Positions 56,291 to 64,000 of a DNA stretch of 64,000 nucleotides are shown in pieces. Numbering within the stretch: the stretch's first letter is position 1; every line of letters starts with the position of its first letter. Source of the DNA: Eledone cirrhosa (taxonomy: Eukaryota); contig OZ024746.1 in the NCBI GenBank assembly GCA_964016885.1, positions 3,038,001-3,102,000 of the forward strand, read 5' to 3'. Under the pieces are notes generated by a model. It was given only the letters and a program-made list of their open reading frames with translations. It did not search any database and was not told where the DNA came from. Position numbers and translations under genes: made by a program.

Positions 56291-56517
56291 TTAACCCTTT
56301 CGTTACCATATTTCTAATAAAATACATTGTATTCCAATTAATTAATGAAGAATTTGAATGGATTTACTTGAATTATTATTTTATTATTAAGATGGTATTT
56401 GTAATATAACTTAACACAATTATCATATATAAAATATTAGATTTAAATTTAAGGTGGGCTATATTTGTTTCATAGAACTAGACGCGATTTTGGGTGGGTT
56501 GGTATTGAAAGGGTTAA
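56291..56517 (-). mobile_element. Older MITE family B copy
   Basis: TTAA|ccctttcgttacc ... ggtattgaaaggg|TTAA. Confidence 0.75.
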
Positions 56518-57010
56518 CACAATGTCTTTTTAAATCCTAGCTAGTAATTTGGTTTATTATCGATATATGTACTTAAGTTAATTAATCGTAAATTGGTTTT
56601 CAGACAATAAACTTGATGATTTTTGCTCAAGGAAGTTTTATAACAGTAAATTCCTCAAACATTTAAAAGAGGTTTTAAACATTTAACTGCAATAGTTGTT
56701 GTTTAGCCCCCAATCAATCCTGATCGAGCACTTCTATTCTCAGTAGTTTTTCAGCCAGGTTTATCCCACATTTTTTAATATATACCTTTTATGACAGCTG
56801 GGTATAATTTGAGTGAGATTTGGCTACTATCCCTAGCAGGTTGAGCAACTACAGAGAAGATCCTTCTTTGACTTGTAATTGCAGTAGTATATCTGTTTTA
56901 TGAGGAAATTCTATCATATTTATAATAGTGCATAAATTATTCTGAAATAAGTTAAATCCTTAAAACATAAATGGCTGGCTTAATAAAGGTCTCTCTCTCT
57001 GTATTTCTGT

Positions 57011-57051
<41 letters not shown>

Positions 57052-57939
57052 AAAGAGAGAGAGAGACTATTTTGTCAGTTGTTTTTAATTTTTAAAATTA
57101 AAAGTTATTGGAAATGTTCACTTGTGCCCCCAGGGGTTGTTTTACTTACTGTATGATAAATTTCATATCCCTTGCTAACTAGATAACCCTTTGCCCTTTA
57201 TTTTAACATCTAACAGGTTCATTAAAGACAAACTCAAGTAACAATTTAATGTACTATGAACATTTTTCATGAGTAAAAAATATATAAAAGTCAGCAATGT
57301 TCATTTTCTGGTGTCATGGTTTTTTTCTTCCCTTTTTTTTTTTTTTTTTTTTTTTTTTTGCTTGTTAAATTAACTGTTTAATTAATTTGACACAACTTAA
57401 TTGTTTTTGTGTATTTTTAAAGAAAAGCTCTACAAACTACTTCAAAGTAGTTGTGTTCATTTATAAAGATCATGAACCCAATTTTCATTAATAATACTTT
57501 GTTTTTCTTCCTCCTTTTTTTTTCTTTATCAGTCATTTTGTCGTTCAGTCATTTTTTTCTTTATCAGTCATTTTGTCGTTCAGATCATATATTCATATGT
57601 ACATGTACTCTTGGGTCCCAAATAACGGGGGGTGGGGGTGGGGGGGAATAAGTGGAGAAGGGGTGGAAGAGTGGAGGTAGAAAATCAGTAATTTTTCTAG
57701 GTTGTCTCTGTTGATTTAAAAAAACAAACAGATTTAGTAATTTAGTTTAAAAATTGAGATCCCTAACCCATCCCATTTGATCATGAGTTTGATTACTAGC
57801 GGAGTGATTGTGTTCTTGAGTAAGACACTTTATTTCACGTTACTCTAGTCCATTCAACTGGAAAAAATGAGTTGTACCTGAAATTCAAAGGCTCAATCTT
57901 GTTGCACACTGTCATGCTGAATCTTGTCTGAGAATTCCA

Positions 57940-58371
57940 TTAACCCTTTAGTTACCAACCCGGCCAAAACCAGCTCTGGTTCTATGAAATAAAACCACCC
58001 ATTTTAACCCTTTAGTTACCAACCCGGCCAAAACCAGCTCTGGTTCTATGAAATAAAACCACCCATTTTAACCCTTTAGTTACTAACCTGGCCAACATCA
58101 GCTCTGGTTCTATGAAATATAACCACCCATTTTAACCCTTTAGTTACCAACCCGGCCAAAACCGGCTCTGGTTCTATGAAATAAAACAACCCATTTTAAA
58201 AGTTTCCAATTTAAATTAAAATCTTCCAACATAAATTTATATAAGAACCTTACATTAAGTTACTATCTTAGTAGTGAAATAATTAATGATTTTAGTAAAT
58301 CCCTCAAAATTCTTCAATAATCAATTAAAATGGAGAGTATTTCATTAGAAATGTGATCATTAAAGGATTAA
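57940..58371 (+). mobile_element. piggyBac-like MITE family B with four tandem 64-bp left-end units, inserted in an older SINE-like repeat
   Basis: The ccc unit starts at 57944, 58008, 58072 and 58136, each preceded by TTAA. Right end is aaagga|TTAA. The host repeat (57780-57939) appears to resume at 58372. Confidence 0.88.
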
Positions 58372-58953
58372 TGGGATATATGTCTATGAAATGTTCAGCT
58401 ACTTTCATGTTAATTTCACAAGTAAGCTGTTCTGTAAATCAAGATTCATTGTTTAAACTGTTGGAGTTCCATTCTATGATATCTATACGTGTATATTTGT
58501 ATGATATGGTTGATGTAATTCTGTAGCAGAACATTAATCTCATGCTGTTAAACAACTCCAAAATCATTTCAGTCATTGTTATTTCTCATCTACTTCTACA
58601 ACACCTTTTCCTCTTCATCCCCTTTAACAGAATTAGTTATTCTCTCTGTTAAAAATTTCCAGTAATGAAAATTGAAAACAGTTTTGATATATTGTTGTAG
58701 GGAGTGGATCAGATTTTCAATCTTTGGCTGAGACACACTCTTTTCAGCTTGCATTTAATTTTACCATTATATGAGGGTTTTAATTTTAAATTGAAGCTTT
58801 ATATAACTTTGAAGCACCATTTTAGTTTGTTTTTATTATATATATATACAGTATATATATGAAGTAATTCCGTCGGAAAAGTCCAGGAAAAAAGAGTGCT
58901 CTATGTAGGTAACAGAGCTTAATAGTTATGTAATAAACAACATACGGCAATTA

Positions 58954-59014
58954 TTTAATTTACCAGTGGTTTCTTAAAAGCAAAAAAATTTTGCTTTCAA
59001 TCATCAGAATGAAA
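58954..59014 (-). ncRNA. Mirror-image hammerhead fold in the left arm (one stem I mismatch)
   Basis: Reverse complement of 59027-59087, except aattaaa replaces aatgaaa after GTA. Confidence 0.68.
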
Positions 59015-59026
59015 AAATCCGGATTT

Positions 59027-59087
59027 TTTCATTCTGATGATTGAAAGCAAAATTTTTTTGCTTTTAAGAAACCACTGGTAAATGAAA
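59027..59087 (+). ncRNA. Type I hammerhead ribozyme fold
   Basis: tttcatt CTGATGA ttgaaagcaaaa ttt ttttgcttttaa GAAAC cactg GTA aatgaaa. Stem I is 7 bp, stem II is 12 bp, stem III is short, and the cleavage triplet is GUA. Confidence 0.78.
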
Positions 59088-59251
59088 TAATGCCTTATGT
59101 TGTTTATTACATAACTATATATATATGGCATTGCCCCAGAATGGCCACAGCACATTGGTTGGAGTAGTTGGTGAGGAAGATAAATGCTTTTGTTCATCCA
59201 TTCAAAGTGGTTCAGTTTTTTGTTGCATGCAACTTTGCTATATATATATAT

Positions 59252-59450
59252 ATCATCATTATTTAACGTCCATTTTCTATACTAGCGTGGGTTAGATGAG
59301 CTGTTCTGTTGTGAAACAAGCCAAGTCGGAGGACCGTGTTTTTCTCACAAAGAACTGATTTTGGCTTTGGTTTTTTTCGGCTTGTTTGTTTTTTTTCGGC
59401 TTGCAAATGAATGCCAACCACATTTACAGTGTGTACTGGGAGCTTTTTTT
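59252..59450 (-). mobile_element. RTE 3' UTR/tail fragment
   Basis: atcatcattatttaacgtccattttctatactagcgtgggttaga...gccaaccacatttacagtgtgtactgg. Confidence 0.75.
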
Positions 59451-61495
59451 TTTCTTTGATTTGGAGAAAACTTTTTATGTGAAGCAGGAAGATTGGCATT
59501 GAGAGAGTGGAGGAATGGAGAAGTTTATGGGACTCACAACTGCTTTAGTGGGGGGAAATAGCCTGAAAATGTTGTTGTGTTTGTGTATATATATAAATTG
59601 TTTACTATGTAATTTATCTAATGAAATTTCTATGTTGCCTGTACACATATATAAAATGTATCTTGTTAAAAATGTACTTTTATAATGTTCTTTTTACCAA
59701 ATTCCCTGATGGCTTACATACACATTAGGAGTGAATATTTACTTTTAGATTCACAGCTTGGGAGATTGTTGAAAAGTGAAAGAGCTCTGTTTAAAGTGCA
59801 ACAGTTTAGGATGAGGTTATAGGAATATATTTTGACATTAAAGATATAACTGAATTTATATTATGCCTTAAAATTTTTATTAACGCTGTACAGGCTGACA
59901 GTAGATATAAAGGGAGTAATTTGTAGGTATGAAAACCTTTTGGTGAATTGCAAACAATTTTGACATTAATCCATTAACAATATTTCAGTATTGTAGTGAT
60001 GTATAGTGCTTATAACACAGTATTGGTAATACTGCTTGGTGAGAGCATTTTGAAGCAAACATAGCTTGGAATAACCCAGATAACTAAATTTTCTTTATAT
60101 GTAGAAATTTTGGCACATGTGGGTAAAGCACAGTTTTACTCATGCTGGCCAAGATGGTGCCAGATGTTATTTCTATGCTCTGTTCTGAAACATATTAGTG
60201 AAGCTTATGCAGTAGAATATTCTGATGCATGGCCCAAACCAGGGTCTTTTAAACCTACCAAAATATTTATGGAAATAGATTCTACTGTTTACTGACCCAA
60301 ATAAAGTACTCTGTCTGCCACTATCTCTTGTCATACACACAGACAGGCACTTACAGATGTTTCAAATGTGACCATATTTTATATTTTTGTATTCATTTTT
60401 CCAAGGCTTGTATGGATGGGATAACATTTTTTTTTTTGTTGAAGAAATTGTTTTAATAACTGGATGCTTTCAACTATGGCTGACTACCCAGCTGCTGTGA
60501 TGTAGGGATGGAACAAGTTTTTGATACTCGAGCAAAATGAAACAAGCAACATAATATACATTTGTCAGGGGTAAAACTCAGAGACTGTAGTGAGATTTGA
60601 ACATGTAATTCTGTTCAGGTGTCTGACATTTCCCTCTTGTGTGTGTGTGTGTGTGAATCTAGAACATATATATGTATAATAAGCAATTTAGGTATTTAAA
60701 ATTTTAATTTAATTCTTGATATCTAAATGTAAGTCACAAATTGAGCATTAATATCTGCTTAATAAACATCCCTAATTTTTGACAAAATTTGCACCCTATT
60801 TAGTCCCTGTATATACAGCAGTATGATTTGTAATTTCGCTGATAAGAAGTTATCACTTGCAAAGTGTAATATTTAGAACACAAGTTTTTCTTATCACTAG
60901 AACAAGAGTTGAACTATTTAGCAAGTAGTTCTCATGCCTGAAAGGAATTCAATCTTAGGTCACATTCGTATCTCTTTTCTAAGGCTGGTGATTGCTTTTC
61001 CAAGATGCTGTTTATCTGCATTGCAAATTCCAAGTTTCATGTTTCTAATTATTGTTTTGAAGATATTGAAATAACTGCCTAGTTTCTTTGATGTCTTTTA
61101 AGTGTCACTTTTTATTGATTATATTTTCCCCCTTATATATTGAAAATTATCTTATCTAAAGGTTCATCCTGTATTCTCAAACTATATCCAAGTTAGACAT
61201 TGTTTTTTTTTTAATTATTTTTTTGAATATGAAATTTGGTAGTAAAATATATAATGTAGCTTTTTTTTTTTTACCAAATTACAAATTTTATATTTGTTAA
61301 AAATACATATATATTATTCTTGCTTTTATATGTATAGTTTTTTCTTGCTCTTCTCAACGATTCTATGAATCCCTGTCTTTGGTTAGGATTAGATATGGTA
61401 AAGGCAAAATAGTTGAATAGATAAGGTGTTGGACAACCAACTTTTTACCTTCAAATGCAGGTAGACAATTTTGTTGTATAATTCATCAGTTTACT

Positions 61496-61616
61496 TACTC
61501 TCAGGTCCCAAATAATGGGGGGGGGGGGGATAAACAAGGAATTGGAATAAGAACGGTGAGGTTTGAAAAAATCTGGAAAGGTAATAGGGGATGACAATTA
61601 TTTAAGACCTAAGGTA
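61496..61616. mobile_element. Short TA-flanked MITE (family C; related ends at ~57606 and ~29712)
   Basis: tactctcaggtcccaaataat ... attatttaagacctaaggta form imperfect TIRs. Confidence 0.5.
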
Positions 61617-62819
61617 TGTGGTTCAGTTAACTGAAGCTATAAGGAATACTTACCAGATCATTCAGTTACTGCTACAGTACTAGAACTGAACAATCAATCT
61701 TTCTGAGGCCTTTCATAAACATTTCTTTTTTCTTTATATAGCTGAATTGTATTGTGAATAGAAGGTAATAATAGCATGAACCATTCCAAAAGTTGTTAAC
61801 ATTTAGATTGTTAAAGACTTTCCATTCAATGGCTAATGACCTAAATTATCTATTGACATTTCAGAAGGCAGTATAATCTGACTTTTCTATATTAACATCA
61901 GTTGATAGAACAATCCTCATATATTTATTTCAATCTTATTTCTCTAAAGATTAATACTTTAGAATCTTGTTTTGTTGGCAATAATTATTCTAGAACAATT
62001 CTACTATATGCTGTTGTTCAAAAATTAGAATAATGGAATTTTAAAGCAAGGGAAGCTGTGACAATATTCACACATCTTAAAGCATTGACAATGTAATTAA
62101 AGCGAATTGTTTTTGATCAAGAATCAAATTGGCTTTCTGTTCTTTAGCACTTGGCTTTTCAAAGTTGCTGCAATGAATATATATATTAGCTGCTTTGCAA
62201 AATGCTTCTAACCTTAGTGGTCAGTTCTACACAGAGACTTTACTTCCATGCTTAACATAAACTCAGTTTACTTAGCTGCTTGTATTAAGCACATCCTTTC
62301 CACAAGCTTATTTCCTTCCTTGTATACTTAAGTATGTATTGTTTCTCTCTTGTGCTTAAGTGTGTATTGTGTTTTTTTAGCCTGCAATTCTGTTCAGATC
62401 AAGCAGTTTTATGATCTGAAATAATCTTTAACATCTTCTGTTCATAGTGTATCTAGGATTACATTAGCCAATCTTTTTACCTTTTTAATATGTAATGGTG
62501 TGATATTGGGGCATTCTTGTTGGCTTCAGTATTTAAAGGTTATGTAAAATGATTCTGTAAAATATATTTAACATAAATCCTTTCTTTTGGGAATTTAGAA
62601 ACAAGGAACAACTGAATCACTTGTTCAACACAGGGGAATTGATGCCACTGGGACAGTTGTATGTATGTGTGTGCACCACTTTGTGATATAAATACATGTA
62701 CATAAATATATCCATACTTACATACACACATTCCTATATAAATACATTTACACACAAAGTTTCAACTTTGGATAATGGCTGGTGATATACTAAAATGAGA
62801 TAGAGAATGAAATAGCATT

Positions 62820-62850
<31 letters not shown>

Positions 62851-63390
62851 ATGTGTGTAAACACATCCACCAACCGCCTCTTTCTCTTTCACACATGTGT
62901 AAAAGAGTGTACATATTGGACAATGTAGTCCTACATACCTCTAAAATGACGGCAACACTTCTGTAAAATGGCCTGTGCATGCATACATGCACACATCATT
63001 ATACGTCCACATTCTACACTGGCATGGGTTGGACTGTTTGTCACAGTCCAAGATCAGGTGGGTTAGAGTAACCGCATCTTGCTCATAAATATATCTGCCA
63101 CACACATCCTTAAAAAGGGAGGTCACTTTAGAAACTGTATCCCCTGATATACAAAACAGATGGTCATGGTGGAAAGGTTTTCATCCATATGTCTCATCAA
63201 CCATGGCTGACCTAGGCAGCAATGTCTGCAAATATTTGGGGCTAATACTCAACCCTTTACCTGTTGTTACAGCCTCAGCCTTGTGTATTTCACCACTCAA
63301 CCCCTTATAAAAAACATATACTAAACAATCTCCACATATAAAAAGCCATGTCACTGTGAACATTTTATTTTTATGATAGCATTAGTAACA

Positions 63391-63574
63391 TTAACCTTTT
63401 AGCATTTAAACCGGCCAGAATCTCTCCCCTCTTTCTCTTCAAACTGGCTGTAACTGGCTGTTCATACTGATGCTAAGGTATTCTTCTTAAAATAAATATC
63501 ATTTGATATTATGTGAGATAATTATGTGAAAATGTAATAGTAAATATAGAGTAATGTAAATGCTAAAGGGTTAA
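63391..63574 (+). mobile_element. piggyBac-like MITE family A
   Basis: TTAA|ccttttagcattta ... taaatgctaaaggg|TTAA. Confidence 0.87.
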
Positions 63575-64000
63575 AAAAAAGTCTCTATATATTGATCTCA
63601 TAAAATCATAAGTAGTAGCTAAAGACTTGGTCATTATTTCTAAATGAATTGTCCTATTTAATTAAAGTGAAGAGGTCGTAGATGTAAAAATGTGTCAGGT
63701 AATTTAATGAATATTATATTACATTATATTCACAGTTTCATAGTAAACATTCTGAGAATTTTAATTAAGATTCCGATTATCTAGTTTTCAAACTTGGGTA
63801 GCTGAAACCTTTTAAAATAATTCTGTTGAAATTATTTTTCTGAATTTCAAATTGGTAAAATTTTAGAATTTTATGAGGACATTTTTTCTTTTCACATCTA
63901 TTTTTCACTAGGCTGAAACACATTCATGCTTTCATTAAATGTTATTAAATTTGGAGGTTTATAGTTCACAGTTGTAAGTGCCATGGCTACTGTGGAGTTG

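Larger units (their letters stand above)
58922..59118. repeat. ~197-bp near-perfect palindrome with no spacer, containing two opposed hammerheads
   Basis: Centre is tcc|gga at 59020/59021. The ~99-bp arms differ by a few substitutions and one indel. Confidence 0.95.

Noticed and set aside
59700-59740. ccctgatggctt... resembling a hammerhead start
   Set aside because: No GAAA core or pairing stems follow.
63912-63973. Possible exon between tttttcactAG and GTAAGT
   Set aside because: All three frames contain stops, so it is unsupported as a coding exon.

Overview
AT-rich, repeat-dense eukaryotic DNA, most likely intronic sequence of a + strand gene in an invertebrate. The mix of RTE LINEs, tRNA-SINEs, TTAA-MITEs and huge (TA)n/(TATG)n fields suggests a cephalopod such as Octopus; this is inference. 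No complete protein-coding gene is present. There is one well-formed 46-nt exon (36314-36359), a decayed mariner, several 5'-truncated RTE LINEs with their partner SINEs, Meta-type SINEs, two piggyBac-like MITE families, two homogeneous minisatellites and a ~16 kb compound TA microsatellite field. The long Y/I/M/C/V ORFs are microsatellite artefacts. The most interesting signal is a set of short non-coding islands, mostly between (TA)n tracts, that carry type I hammerhead ribozyme folds. They include a 527-bp unit with terminal redundancy (41340-41907), a minimal hammerhead (46195-46239), a ~197-bp palindrome with two opposed hammerheads (58922-59118) and several decayed copies. These fit a diverse TA-targeting Penelope-like or retrozyme-like mobile RNA population. 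All folds were assigned by eye and are untested.
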